DNA of 62,847 bases, filler included, from Stramenopiles sp. TOSAG23-3 (GCA_900128585.1; 41 parts of 41 records of this genome joined end to end with filler, not necessarily neighbours in it); one strand, 5' to 3'; counted from the first letter of the whole stretch, positions 21,531 to 35,472 are shown. A program made the numbers and translations. The notes: a model not told the origin generated them from the letters alone.

Positions 21531-23239
21531 GTCNNNNNNNNNNNNNNNNNNNNNNNNNNNNNNNNNNNNNNNNNNNNTTAATTAATTAANNNNNNNNNNN
21601 NNNNNNNNNNNNNNNNNNNNNNNNNNNNNNNNNAACAACCGAAACAAATGCGTGCGTGGGAGTGACGTTAATCGAGACGTGACGCGTACCAAAATCTGTT
21701 ATTTTATTATTAACCAAGAGATAGAAGTATTATTTATTACCAAGGTATTATTATTTTAGTAGAGAGAGGAGAGAGACGATTATTAATTTATTTCGTCTTC
21801 TGCTAATTTAATACACACCACAGCATGAATTTATTTTCAATCAAAGTTGTTCTCTTCGCTCATCGTTGGTAAAATAATAATAAATAATAAAAATAGAAGA
21901 CGACCGATCGATCGATCGATCAATCATTTTTTACTAACGACTAGTTTGGTTGTATTTTATCGCTCCTCGTACTTTTCGTATCGTATGGTATCGTATGGTA
22001 TGGTACCCTACCGTCCAACTAAAAAAAATATTAATTCTCAATTTGGGTATAAAATAAGTATACATAAAATAATACTTATGTAAATAAAAAAGAAACCTAT
22101 CATTGAGATTGTGAATGCTTAAATACCTGTAGTACCAAGTGGAAAGAAAGCGAGTAAGTCGATGAAAATTAATTAATTTAGGACTCTGATGATGATGATA
22201 AATGGACATAACATAAAAAAGTAAAAATTGGATTGGATTCTGATTTTCTTTTGATCTAATATTATTATAGTCTAAGAAGCTGAAGCTGAAATAAAAATAA
22301 TTATTATTATCTGAAAAAAATCTGTTGTACGAACGCTGTGGTCCTGTACGAATCGTACACTTCGTACTGCTCTGAAAAGAGGTTCTTTTTTTCAACGTCT
22401 CGGAAGGCGCCGTGTGAGCCGTGTGAGCCGTAATTGATTTATACTTATTAGAATATATAAATATGATAGTATAATTAATGGTTTTTTATATAATTGGATA
22501 TAATTGATATAAATGTGTGTAATAGGTAAATTTGTTTAAATAAATATGATTTACATGTATAAAATATATCCCTTTGAACCTTGGCGTTAGTTTCAGTTTT
22601 TTCCAGAGATCATTGAAAAAAACTGAGAAGAAAAAATGTATTCTTTTTTTTCTCTTTTTCATGTCGCACCGTCGCAGCAGGCAGCAGGCGGTATTAATAA
22701 TAAGTAATTATAAAAGAGGAATCAATAATAATAAATTAAAAATAAAAAAAAAAATAAAAAAACAACAATTATTATTGCGTTTGCCTCATAATATATTAAA
22801 TACATAATCACAGCATCATCGAAATATGAGGCGTGGGTGGGAGGGAGGGGGGGGGGGCAGCAGCAGCACTCCTCCGTCCTTCCTTCTTTTTGTTTGATTC
22901 CCAATTCCCTTTTCTTCCGACACGTGTGAATGTGGGCATTCTTCATTACCTTTGACTTCAATTGTAGAAGAAGATAATTCTTTACGGACCAATGAGCGTA
23001 AACGATTGATTAATTCGGTCACACTCTTCTGTTGAAAAGGATTTTGTTGGTAGGTCATCTCTAACGCATGTCAGNNNNNNNNNNNNNNNNNNNNNNNNNN
23101 NNNNNNNNNNNNNNNNNNTTAATTAATTAANNNNNNNNNNNNNNNNNNNNNNNNNNNNNNNNNNNNNNNNNNNNGTCCCTTCCATCCCTTCCGTCCGCCC
23201 CCACACAGCAACCACTGTAATAGTCGTTGTTGCCGCGCC

Positions 23240-24614
23240 ATGGGGCAGAAAAACTCGAGATCAACCACCCCGTCCCCGCAAGCACCCAACTCGCTATCGC
23301 GTGGGTACTCGCAAACAAATTCCCAGGGCCAATACCCTGGCACAACCCAGCCGAATCCGTCTAGGGGCAGTGCCACGCAAAACCGTCAGCAAATGTTCGT
23401 TGTTACCGTGCCCCACGGTGTTCGCCCGGGCCAAAGGTTTGCCGTCTTGGTGAACGGGCAACGGCACGAGGTAGTTTGCCCTCAAACGGCGAGGGAAGGC
23501 TCCCAGATTCACTTGTCGTTCCCGTCCACAGGGGGTGGCCCCACGCAACAACCCTCGCACCAGCCCGCCCCGCCCCCGCCGAGGAACAGCATTCAGAGGA
23601 GGCCGTCGCAAGTGAACCCGAACCAGCAGCGGTACCGCGTTGTCGTCCCCCGGGGCGTGCAGCCCGGCCACAACTTTGCCGTCATAGTGAACGGGCAAAG
23701 GACCATCGTCCGCTGCCCCGAAAACGTAACCGCGGGGCAAACCATCGAGATCGTGCTTCAGCAGCAAGCCCAACACTCGTCGTCCCGGAACTTGCAGTTG
23801 AACAACCACACGGTGAACCGGACCCAGCGGTACCGCGTGAAAGTGCCGCCAGGGGTGCGGCCGGGGCAGCCGTTCCGCGTGAACGTCGGCGGGCGGTTGT
23901 TTCAAGTGGTCTGTCCCCCGAACACGAGCCCGGGGTCGCTGTTGGAGCTTGAGCTGCCGGCGCTGACCCAGGAAAGTTTTATCGAAGACAACAAGATCAG
24001 CTCGTTGGACAAGTTTGCCGCAGAGCGCAAGAAGAAGGCAGGGGACGACTCCAATGCGTTTTCGAGGGAAGTGAAGGACGGGAAGGTGGTCTGGGTCGCC
24101 CAAGCGACTGCGGTGGAGGACGGCGGGCCAAAGACGGCCGATGGGGTCCCAGTCGCAGCCGCCGCCCCGGTGAAAGGCTTGGTGCGGCAGATGAGCGAAG
24201 GCGGAACGGTGACGTTAGTGAATGCTGAGGACGCGGTCACCGACATGTCGTTTAGGTCCGGGAGGGGGCAGTTCCAGCTCTCGCCGCAGCAGCTGGTTGA
24301 TTCGCAACGGTTGCCGTTGAGCAAGAAAATAGCCTTCTTTTGGAGCGTGCTCTCCGAGAAAATGGCCATCCCGTGGGAGCAGGGGCATGTCAAGCTCCAG
24401 GTGCGCCGGGACAGAATACTAGACGACTCGTTGAATGAATTTCAAAAGCTTCAGAGCAACCAGTTTCACCAAACCTTCCGGTTCAAGTTCAAGGGGGAGG
24501 AGGGCTTGGACGCCGGGGGGCTGGCGCGCGAGTGGTTCACGCTCGTGGCCCAAGAGCTGTTCAACCCCGACTTTGGGCTCTTTCAGCCCGGGGGCGTGGG
24601 GGGCGAAGTCGTCG
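23240..24614 (+). CDS. HECT E3 ubiquitin ligase with three N-terminal VxVPxGVxPG repeats (3'-partial)
   Basis: VRRDRILDDS...FKGEEGLDAGGLAREWF...FNPDFGLF is the HECT start; MG N-terminus may be myristoylated. Confidence 0.92.
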
Positions 24615-25196
24615 NNNNNNNNNNNNNNNNNNNNNNNNNNNNNNNNNNNNNNNNNNNNTTAATTAATTAANNNNNNNNNNNNNNNNNNNNNNNNNNNNNN
24701 NNNNNNNNNNNNNNGGATTATAATCTGTTTGCCGTGCCATGCAAGTGCCATGTTGCAGCCAACCAAGCAATCTATCAATCGCTCGAGCCGATCAATCTAG
24801 AAATCGACGACCAATGGGTTGTTACAATGTTTGTTCCAATGTTTGTTCCACTCCGTCCTGTACACCGAAAACAATTCATCGGAAGTGTATAAAAAAGAAG
24901 AAGAAAAACAAACAAACAGACTTTTTAGTGTCATTTCCATTTCTATTTCTATAAAAACAACATTCCTCTTTTCTTTTTAACGATGATGAGTGAATTCTTT
25001 TATTTAATATATAATAAATTAATTAATTTTTTAATAACGGTTGAAGGGCTGCGGGTTGAGGTTGGGGTTGTAGTCATGGTTTTGTATTAGGGTTATTGAT
25101 TGAAAATTGAAAAAGCAAAAAGCAAAACGGTGTTTTTTAAGGAAAGTATATTGTTGAGCAAGATGAAGTAAGAGAGAAGAAGAATCACATGAGTTG

Positions 25197-25372
25197 TTTT
25201 CTTTTCTTCTTTCTTCTACCTTCCTTCTTCTTCCTTCCTTCTTCTTCTTTCTTTCTTTCTTCTTTTCTTTCTTCTTTCTTCTTCTTCTTTCTTTCTTTCT
25301 TCTTTTCTTTTCTTTTCTTTTCTTTCTTCTTTCTTCTTCTTCTTTCTTTCTTCTTTTCTTTTCTTTTTTTTT
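25197..25372. repeat. Pyrimidine (TTC/TTTC) low-complexity tract
   Basis: Almost purely C/T. Confidence 0.9.
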
Positions 25373-26087
25373 GGTATTATATTTATTAATTGAGGATTGA
25401 GGCTTGAGGCTTTAGTCCACCTTCCCTCTTTCCTTCTCCTGTTCACCTCCCAACTCCCAACTCCCAACTCCTGGATTAAATAGAATATTAATATTTCGAG
25501 GATACCTCCATAGTGGTCCTTGGTCCAAATAAATGTCCAAAAATAATAAGTTTAATAATTTAAAAGTTAAAAGAAATCGATACTTTTGACCTTCTTTGAC
25601 CTTTGACCTATTTTTGATCTTCTTCTTCTTTCTCTTCTTTCTTCTATTAAATTAATTAAGAAGAAGGAAAGAAGAAGAACTAATATAAAAGCAAGAAATA
25701 CTGGTTTTTTCCATATAATTTAATAAGGTTTAAATTATAAAAAAACCAATGAAAAAAAAAAGAATGAAGATTAGAAGCTTTATAATAATGATAACAATGT
25801 AAGTTAAGTAAAATTGAGTAATCATAACCTTAAAACACTTCGATTAGAAAAACCTTCTTTCTTTTTTTTCCTTCTTCTTCTTCCTTCTTCTTCTTTCTTC
25901 TTCTTCTTGTTGGGAAACATTTATGGTGGTGGTTGGTATTTTTTGCATGATGCGTATGATAGGAATGGCATAGATGAAGAGAAAGAAAAGAAATTTAAAT
26001 GGACTACCCGTGTATTAGTCGAACCAAGCAACCCAGCAGATTTCAAAACTGAAAGCTCAAATTCAGCTGCTTTTTCAACTTAAAACT

Positions 26088-26154
26088 ATGGGAGGCGCGG
26101 CGTCCATGATGACCGAGGAGGAGGTCCGAACGATGAAGCCTGCGCGGCTGGCAG
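26088..26154 (+). CDS. Gene start MGGAASMMTEEEVR (3'-partial)
   Basis: Abrupt AT-to-GC transition at the ATG; myristoylation-like MGxxxS. Confidence 0.55.
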
Positions 26155-27019
26155 NNNNNNNNNNNNNNNNNNNNNNNNNNNNNNNNNNNNNNNNNNNNTT
26201 AATTAATTAANNNNNNNNNNNNNNNNNNNNNNNNNNNNNNNNNNNNNNNNNNNNTCTCTTCTTCTTTTTTCTCTTTTTCTTCCCACGGGGTATCACATCT
26301 TCCTCAGTCCATCCCATCCCCCCTCCCTCCTCCCTCCTTCCGCCGCCAAACCATTCATAATTAATACAAGAATTTCTTTTGTATGGTTATAATAGGGTTG
26401 AATACAAATATAAATATGCACCTGTCCTGAATACTATTAATATTATATACAGTGACATAGTGAGAAGCATAATAAATAAAATGCAAATTATTTTTAAAAA
26501 CTCAGTTTTATTTTTCTTCATCTTTTGATATAATACTCCTCGTAGTCGTTCTACATTATACCAAGTATAATTTTAAACCGTCTTCTATTGTTATACCGGT
26601 ACGGTACTGCTATTATGACCTAATTATATCTCTAACAATCCTCTCATGCTGTACCGTTCGGTACGGGTACCGGTATCAGGTTGTTTCATTCAGTGGAGGA
26701 ACTACGGTCGGTACCACCTGGTATTAATACCTTTTCTCTAATTCCTTTGTACTTCGTACAACTACCTTGGTAACTACAAACAACACTAAACACAAAAAAA
26801 ATAATAATAACAAACAAACAATTATTATTAGCAACACTCAGTCCCGTAGTCCTCCAGAGGCCGACATTCCCATTCATCCATTAGGAGTAGTGTACATTAC
26901 GAGGAGGAGACATTTAATCCACATTTGTACAGACTTTTAGCGCAATAACGAGGGAGCATTTTATATATATACATATATATATATATTTGAGCTCCGCAAG
27001 CAAACGAACTACAGGCCAT

Positions 27020-27693
27020 ATGGAACACTCAGTTGTTATTTTTCTCTTGGGGTTGTTTCTGTTGTGCATCAGGGATGCTGTAGGAGACTGGTGTAGTGAG
27101 AGCCGTCCGATAAGCGGTTCGCACACTCTTGAAACAAACTGTACATTGACGGCGGCCATAGAGGTGACTGGCACTCTGAGCATTAATGGGATTATGGCTA
27201 ATGGGACACTCGTCCGAATTATTGCTGAGAGTGGTCGTATTTTCACTGTGGCCAACAATGGAAATTTGCGACTTTCCAACGTAATTTTGGAGGGGGGATC
27301 CCCGAGCGGAACCACAGTCATGCCGGAATGCACAGGCTGCGGTGGTGCAATTCACATCCGAGGTCCCAACACAACGCTTCTAGTTGAGAATAGCACGTTC
27401 CTAGACAACACAGCAAAGTGGGGAGGGGCGATCTATGCGGCGAGGGGGATTGTTGAGCTTGATAGAGTCACGGTGATAAATAGTGGTGGAACCATAGATG
27501 GTGAGCCTTTTCACATTTGCCATGGTCTCGTCTCCGCTGAGGTAGCCCCGTTGATATTTTGGGAAGGCACGGTGGAGACAAATAAGTTTTACACGTACGA
27601 AGGGTGGAAATGCAATGGTTCCGGTACTGACTCAAATGTATTGATGGGGTACACAAGGCCTTTTGTGAAGTATTTGTACTCTATTGACAGCAA
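27020..27693 (+). CDS. Secreted beta-helix protein with GGAI/FxxN (POMP-like) repeats (3'-partial)
   Basis: Signal peptide; GRIFTV, CGGAIHI, FLDNTAKWGGAIY. Confidence 0.75.
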
Positions 27694-28504
27694 NNNNNNN
27701 NNNNNNNNNNNNNNNNNNNNNNNNNNNNNNNNNNNNNTTAATTAATTAANNNNNNNNNNNNNNNNNNNNNNNNNNNNNNNNNNNNNNNNNNNNGTTTGTT
27801 CGTTCGTTTGTTGCCTTGAGTTTATTAATTTATTTATTTACCGCGCCGCAAAAGGAAGAAAAAAGGCGGGCGTTCGTGTTGGTTGGCGAATGGGTCGTGT
27901 GCCGTAACCCCCTTCCACCGTCTGTCTCTTGTTGAAAAGAGAGAGAGTGGGAGAAAGGCGTTGAGGGTGGTGAATGAATGCCAAAGTGTTGTGTGGCAGG
28001 TGAAAAACGAGTTAAACAATCACCCACGAATGGTATAAACTTGTAATTTCTGTGTATCTTTGTTTCTTTCTGTTTCTTTGTTGAACTAAAACTAAAAAAC
28101 TAAAAACGTGTAGTCAATAAATAAATCCTACGTTTTTTAAAATAATAATAATAATTATATAAGAATAGAAGAAGAAAACAAACAACAACATAATAACCCT
28201 CTTCTTATAATAATATAAATTAAAAGATCATCATCCCATCTTCTGCTTCTTCTTCTTCTTCTCTCATCGGTTATATAATTATAATTATTATTATTGAAAA
28301 TTATAATTAATTAAAATATTTAGTTATATTTCCATTCTATTTCTATATATTATTAATTAAATATTAATTAATTGATTGAAGAAGAAAGAAGAAGAAAGAG
28401 AAAGAAAGAAAGAGAAGAAGAAGAAAGAAAGAAAGAACGTTCTTTGTTTTTTGTTTTTTGTTTTTTGTTTTGTATTATAAAATATCCTTAATTATATTAA
28501 TACC

Positions 28505-28716
28505 TTAAATAAAAAGAAAAGAAAAGGAATGACCTTCGCGAAGGAAAAGAAAAGAAGAAAAGGAAAAGAAGAAAAGAAAAGAAGAAAAGAAGAAAGAGTA
28601 TTTCTTTCTTTCTCTCTTCTCTTCTCTCTTCTTTCTTTCTTTCTTTCTTCTCTTCTCGCTTTTCTCTTCTCTCTTCTCTCTTCTCTTCTTCTCTTCTCTC
28701 TTCTCTTCTCTCTTCC
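28505..28716. repeat. Purine tract followed by pyrimidine tract (GA/TC microsatellite)
   Basis: AAG/AAAAG-rich then TTC/TCTC-rich. Confidence 0.85.
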
Positions 28717-29332
28717 ACAAATTAATTAAAATATACGTTTCATTCTTCCTATTCCTATTTCAATACTATTCTATTCTATTCTATGCTTGAATCCTTCTTC
28801 TCTTTTTCTTTCTTTCTTTTTCTTTCAATTCTTCGCACTTTTCTCTTTTTAAGAATAAATATAATTTATATAATATAGGAATAAGGAAGGAATAATAAAT
28901 AAACATATCTCAATCACTTCTTCCTCCTTCTCTTCTTCTTCTTCTTCTTCTTCTTCCTTCTTTCTTCTTCTTCCTTCTTCCTTCTCTTCTTCTTCTTCCT
29001 TCTTCTTTCTTCTTCCTTCTCTTCTTTCTTCTTTCTTCTTTCCTATTCTAAGAACCACACATCTCATTCATTCTCATTCATTCATTCATTCTCATTCCAT
29101 CATTATTTATTATAATACTATGATCATGTATTTATAATAATAATAAATATCACATCTCATTCATTCATTCATTCATTCTTTCTTCTTTTCTTGTTTATTT
29201 ACCACTACCAAACAAACGAAACAACACCCGTCNNNNNNNNNNNNNNNNNNNNNNNNNNNNNNNNNNNNNNNNNNNNTTAATTAATTAANNNNNNNNNNNN
29301 NNNNNNNNNNNNNNNNNNNNNNNNNNNNNNNN

Positions 29333-29411
29333 TTTACTAATCGATATACCCTTGTCACTTGGTCTTGGCTATCAATCTCAGATGGACTCCATGCACGATC
29401 CGAATCGGTAG
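29333..29411 (+). mobile_element. 79-bp element core, copy A
   Basis: 74 of 79 nt identical to 39500-39578. Confidence 0.9.
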
Positions 29412-29484
29412 TATTTACAATGTATTTCCTTTTCTGACGCCTCGGACTGAATTATTTCTGCAGCCGATGCTACCTTTGCGCGGT

Positions 29485-30770
29485 TCACTGGTTGCCACCT
29501 CTCTCGGAAACTTCCCCCTTGTGCTTGAATGTGTTCTCTAATAAGTACTTCTGCGTGAACCCATCCATTAGCTGCGCTTTGTCTACTTTCCGTCGATCCC
29601 GAATAAACCTTTCTCGATCAGCCTTCCTCCTTGCTTGCATTTCATCCGCAGCAATACCACCAAGCCCGAACACTTCTATTACGTTTGGCGTGAATGTTTC
29701 GACTTCCCCGCCCGCCGCACCGATTGCTCCCATTTCGTACGTTAGTCCACTGGCCCTGCGCGTACAGCCAGCTGCAGACAGATCTGAAGACAGAAAGAGA
29801 CGTGTGTAGTCCAAATCACCACCGAACCCTAGCCCGTGGAGCATCCTCGGGTGACGGTCTTTATCACACAGGTATTGATAATTCTTGGATCCACCATGGC
29901 GAACTCGTAGAACACTGGCATATGGATAAAATGTAAAGATGAAGGAATCTTCGCCCCCATAAAACGATTTGCTAGTCTTCCATTCCGTTGAAGTAAATCC
30001 CCCAAAAATGTTCCCGTCTTCGTCTTTGATCACGATTAAGGTTGGGCCTGGATAGCCATGGACGGAGTCAACAAGTCTTCCAAAGCCCATGCCGTCATTG
30101 GTGCTATTGAAAAGTAACTTCATTGCAGCGTTCTGGCAGCCGATGTTTGCCCACAAAAAAAGTATCAGTTCGTTTGACTTAAAAATTGACGATTTGTACA
30201 CAGAACCCTCGGCAGTTACTATCTGAGGGATTTGAAAAGAGAAATCTCCGCCAGAAGCAATTGAAATTCTGTACTGTAAAAATGCGGACAGCGCGTTAAC
30301 CATTAGAGGAAACTCCTTTAACATCCATTCGTAAAGCTCGTCTTCATCACGAAATGTTTTGTTGACGGGGAGCATCTCTGGGGAGGCCGCCGGGACTAAT
30401 GGGGCTATCTCATGCAGCAGGAGTATGCCCGTGCGCAATAAATTTGATGCCGTTGTGTCGGATAAACCATTCCCTTCCTTTCTGTGCAAACAGACGCGGT
30501 TGTAAAACTTGCATCGGGAGCGTAGCCATGCGTTTGGGGCTATGGATTTTTCAATTAAACGACAAAAGAAGTAACAATCGGTGGGTTGGACTGGCTCGCC
30601 GCCGTTCATGGCCGGCGAACGGGTGCAGTCCAACAATTCTTCCCACAAACCACTTGCAATATTTTTCTTTAATTCACTGCTGCATGAAAAAAACTGCATG
30701 AATTCGCTTTTGAAAGTGGAATTGTTTGCCGCAATTTTTTCCTGGATCATAGCGTGGACTGCTTTCGCAC
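29485..30770 (-). CDS. TLDc-domain protein (5'-partial)
   Basis: LLFNSTNDGMGF...GYPGPTLIVIKD...IFGGF...FYGGEDSFIF...GLGFGG...IEVFGLGG. Confidence 0.92.
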
Positions 30771-31845
30771 NNNNNNNNNNNNNNNNNNNNNNNNNNNNNN
30801 NNNNNNNNNNNNNNTTAATTAATTAANNNNNNNNNNNNNNNNNNNNNNNNNNNNNNNNNNNNNNNNNNNNTTGTTTGTTTAATGAAATATATTCATTCGT
30901 ATAGTTGATTGTGTGATAATAATAATAATTATACTCTTCATACTACTACAACAAAAAACGACGGTATTATTATTAAATATTAATATTAGAGACGAGGAGG
31001 ACGACTGGGCTCTGAAGTGAAGTGAAGTGAAGGCTGGAGACTGGAGAGAGAAAGAGACGAAAAAATAAGAAGGACAGAATAGTGCCCAGTTATCTTCGCC
31101 AACTACAAGTACAGATTGGGGGTATGGTTTTCGAAATCCAACACCTATTGAATTAACGTAGATTGAGGATAAAGGCAAGACAGTAGGAAGAACGAATTAG
31201 ACTATTTAATTGCTGTACTTCGAGTCTTGCTCGATTGTGCTATGAAACTCTAAGTGCTCCAGTCTTCTTCAGACATACAAGTATAAATAATTGTATAGTT
31301 TGTAAAATATATTCTCTATCAAATGGACATAAATTGAGAGTAAAATCAACACAGTATGAAGAACGATATAGACTACTTGATTACTGTATTGAGAGACTTG
31401 GTTTTGCCTATACGAATTAGAGTTTTTATACAACACCACACAGCACCAGATGCTATACCATCTTACAAACGATCGAATTCTGCTGCATACACAAATCTGG
31501 GAAAGAAACGAGGAAGAACAGTCAAACACGCCGAAGTTCATTGGAGGATGGGGGGAGTCACAACAAACACGATTCAGCTGCGGCTTCTAGTAATATTGCC
31601 ATGGTATCTATTTATTATATATATAATTTATTATATAATACAATACTGTATATGATGTAACTTTATTATTATTACTACACCATAACACAACACTACTCGC
31701 TAGAACCGAGGGCTGGGGTTTCTCCTTTCCTTTGCTGCAAATCGAAACTAGCATATTTTTTGGAACGTGAATATTGATACGAGTGTAATGCTACGGTGGT
31801 TATTTGTATTAGATGACCAATTTACTACTTATTCAACAACTACCT

Positions 31846-32305
31846 TTAACAACTACCTTTACCATACACACTTAGTAATCTTCTTCTCCTCTGTCTCTTG
31901 TCCTCAATTTCATAACAAACCTTATCCCCTTTGCATTTAGACAATGTCACGGAACCAAGATCTGTTGCCTCAAAGGTTACGCTATCCCCAGTTGTTCCAA
32001 CATGATACATGCATTCCATCAAGGGCAACGCTTTTTTTGAAATATGAAATATCGATTCACCTCCCGTAACATGTTGAAATATCTCTTTTGCAATATAACC
32101 ACGACACGTTTCGTCACTTGATATTTTCACCGTTTCTTTAAATGTGTCAACGTCTTCCTTCGTGTACTCCAAGGCGTTTTTACTTGAGACCTGCAATAGA
32201 GAAGGCGCTGCCGGCACTTTACTGCTGCATTCTTTTAAGCCGTCGATGCAGCAATCTAGTGCCTTTTCAGCTGCACTTTTAGTTAGCTTATTCTTACTAA
32301 ACTTA
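31846..32305 (-). CDS. C-terminal part of a Cys-containing hypothetical protein
   Basis: Open to the contig edge; ends RRRRLLSVYGKGSC. Confidence 0.6.
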
Positions 32306-32405
32306 NNNNNNNNNNNNNNNNNNNNNNNNNNNNNNNNNNNNNNNNNNNNTTAATTAATTAANNNNNNNNNNNNNNNNNNNNNNNNNNNNNNNNNNNNNNN
32401 NNNNN

Positions 32406-33279
32406 AACATATTGCGCAACAGATGATGAACATGAAGGACACGTTCGCCGAGTCTTTTTTTGGAACAATTATGCCAAAGACTTCTCGGTGCTTTCGTATA
32501 CTAAAAAACGGAACGATTGTCATGATTATCGCATACACACAACCGACCCATAACCAAAGCAGGAACAGAAAAAAATATCGATAATTCCGAAAGCCGACCA
32601 CGTTGAACATCCACGGGCAATAGTGGTCCATGTTCAGGACCAATTTGTTCGTGACGCTGTCAAAATGGGAGCGCGGCGGCTTTGGCCCATTGCTTTTCCA
32701 GCAATAGGTCCATTCAAAAGGATCGAATTCGTCTTCCGAATCGTAGCCATCCCTGACCGCAGGTGAATTTATAGTCGTGACAGTTTTCCCGTGCACTTCC
32801 GCGTACTGGGGCGACGAGTCTATGGGACGTTTTCTAATTTTGGGTTCTGTATGCTTTTCGATATCGTCGGCACAACTGTCCTCTTCTCTTAGCTTGTCGT
32901 CATAGTAGCCTTGTATGTTACCATCTGATTTGGCCTTTTCAACCAGCTCCTTAAAATACTCCGAATCGTGACTTCCCGGATTAGTCGTGACACAAAGAAA
33001 GTAGTTAAACACAATATTGAACCCCAAAAACACCGTGAAGAGGGTCGAAAAAAGGAACACTGGGTTGAGCCTACCACCGTACAGTGGAAGGACGCACGTA
33101 GTACCCACGTAAAGAACAAACGAAATCAGATAAACAGCCAGCACTACAAGTAGTGGCCCCAGCGAGAGCATAAATGCACGAAACCCAAAGCGAGTGAGCT
33201 TCTGCAACATATCGGCATACTCCTCCTGCTGCGTCGGTGGCGGCCACGTGGGCTTCCCTGCCCCGCGTCGTTTCTGCAT
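32406..33279 (-). CDS. DHHC-type palmitoyltransferase (ZDHHC16-like), 3'-partial
   Basis: KPPRSH...VLNMDHYCPWMFNVVGFRNYRYFFLFL with flanking TM helices. Confidence 0.92.
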
Positions 33280-33779
33280 TTATTATTTTTCAGAAGAATA
33301 TCCCGGCAAAAACTGAACAAACGAGAATCGATGTGACATAAAACACAAGACAATTTTTCCCGCTCTCGTCATGCCCTCTCTTCTGTTCACCCTTACAATA
33401 TCTCTTTTACAGCAAGTCCTGTATTTGCAAAAGTAGTTTAAACAGTCATTTCCATGTGTGCTCCTGCCTTTATAAGAATATTTTTATTTAATAACTACTA
33501 AGAGAACAACACAGCAGAAGAATAAATAATTGGTGTGTGTGGTGTGTGTGTCTCTATTATTAAAAAAAAAAAGCAAAATTTATCTACTTCTCTCTCTCTT
33601 CATTCATATTCTTATAATTATTACTGCGAATGCGAATCTGCTCACCTTCTGTCCATTTACGTAGAAGTGGTTGTTTTACATTTTTATATTTACACACCAC
33701 AGTATATAACATTTCCTTAATAATATTTAGCTTATATTTCGTCCAGCTCTATTCTTTATAGTGTCTAATATTTATTCTA

Positions 33780-33809
33780 CCTTGGTAGTCTACTCGTAGA
33801 CTACCAAGG
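33780..33809. repeat. Perfect 14-bp inverted repeat with 2-nt spacer
   Basis: CCTTGGTAGTCTAC-TC-GTAGACTACCAAGG. Confidence 0.95.
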
Positions 33810-33939
33810 CCGCCAAACACTTTCGATACAAAGGCCCTGNNNNNNNNNNNNNNNNNNNNNNNNNNNNNNNNNNNNNNNNNNNNTTAATTAATTAANNNNN
33901 NNNNNNNNNNNNNNNNNNNNNNNNNNNNNNNNNNNNNNN

Positions 33940-34324
33940 AATCCGTTTCGTACAGCAGCCGGAGATCGGGACGCAGGTGGGCAAAACTTGTTTGTGCCCA
34001 TGCACTTGCGCTCCTTTTGTTTTCGACCGACATGGACGCAGGGGCATAATCATAGTCAAAAACCTGTTGAACGATACCTTCGTAGGTCATGACCAATAAC
34101 GCACTTTTCCGAATCCACTCCTCTGCCTCTTCGTCACTTTGCGCAATGTTTGTGTAAAGCGAAATCATGTACAACAGTCGGTTCTGATTTTCGGTCAGCC
34201 CAGTGTCGGAGGCATCATCCTCTTCCTCCGAAGACTCACTGAATTGGGACGATTCCTTGTCTTCCGAATCTTCTTCTTCAGAGTCCATTTCTTCCTCGTC
34301 TACTTCATATTTTTCAGCGGACAT
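33940..34324 (-). CDS. Hypothetical protein with acidic N-terminus (3'-partial)
   Basis: ATG at 34324; acidic tract then globular LLYMISLYT...WIR...YEGIV...DYDYAP. Confidence 0.7.
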
Positions 34325-35472
34325 GTTGTTTGAAGGGGGCGCCGTGTGTCGTTCGTTTGCGTAAAACCTGCACGGTTATTTGTAATGCTGTGGAAATATT
34401 TTATCTATCGTTTCAGCAACGTTTGCTTGGCAACTTTTAAATCGTCGGATCCATATAAATGGTTCTTTTTTATAATTCAAGTCCATGTACGTTAATATGG
34501 AGTCGTCATTGATCCTTTTTACCAATGCAAAATTAACGACTCTAAATGTTTTGTAGAATATAATAAATCGTCATTCTCTTTCTTCTTCTTCATCCATCAC
34601 TATTCCTTTTATTTTTCGCCTGTACCGTATTACTACTGTTATTTTTATATACTAGTAAGTATTTTTCTAACGGCATGTCACTCGTATAGGAGTATCAATA
34701 TGTACTTTAATAATAATTAGTTTATAGTCTATAGACTTTATATTAATAAAACAAAGTATATCGGAATAAAAGTATTGATTCGAATGCAATTTATATAGCA
34801 ATAGCAGGAGAAAATAATAAAATACTACCTAAATATTTTGCGAAGAAATAAATACTACTAACGTACAAAATACCGTTATAGTTAAAATCATTTTATTTGA
34901 TGCTCTGTAGTGAGAGTGTGATATAATTCATGTTGTTGTTGTTACTACATAGAAATTTGATTAAATTATACTCTTGTTTAGAGTACGCTATATCAGCTAA
35001 CCTAATATTCCAAGTAAGATTCTAAAAAACAATTAAAATGAGTGAACCACCAAAGCTGTTTTTAACGAAAAAAAAAAGACGATGTAAGAAGGAATGCTTT
35101 TGTAGGTATTAACCCTAATTTTAACATATACTTTATCCCAACTGGTTCCATGCTATTTGATGTACTTTCAACGATAATATAGGAGGACCATCAAAATGGT
35201 ATACGGTGAACGACGTGCTTTTTCGCAAACCCTCCCCTGTGAGTTCTTTATTAAATAATGGAATACCACACAGCATCAATTTCGCCAACAAAGGGAAACG
35301 GTGCTGCAAGGGGGGGATTCCAGATTTATAATAGCACTGTAGCAGCGGTTGCAATAATAAATAAAAAATTGTNNNNNNNNNNNNNNNNNNNNNNNNNNNN
35401 NNNNNNNNNNNNNNNNTTAATTAATTAANNNNNNNNNNNNNNNNNNNNNNNNNNNNNNNNNNNNNNNNNNNN

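Noticed and set aside
23294-24103. Long antisense ORFs over GC-rich genes (also 6572-7271, 47761-48500)
   Set aside because: Expected stop-poor shadows of high-GC3 coding sequence
25189-25467. F/S/L-rich and K/R/E-rich ORFs (also 15411-15671, 28497-29067, 48971-49198)
   Set aside because: Translations of purine/pyrimidine microsatellites
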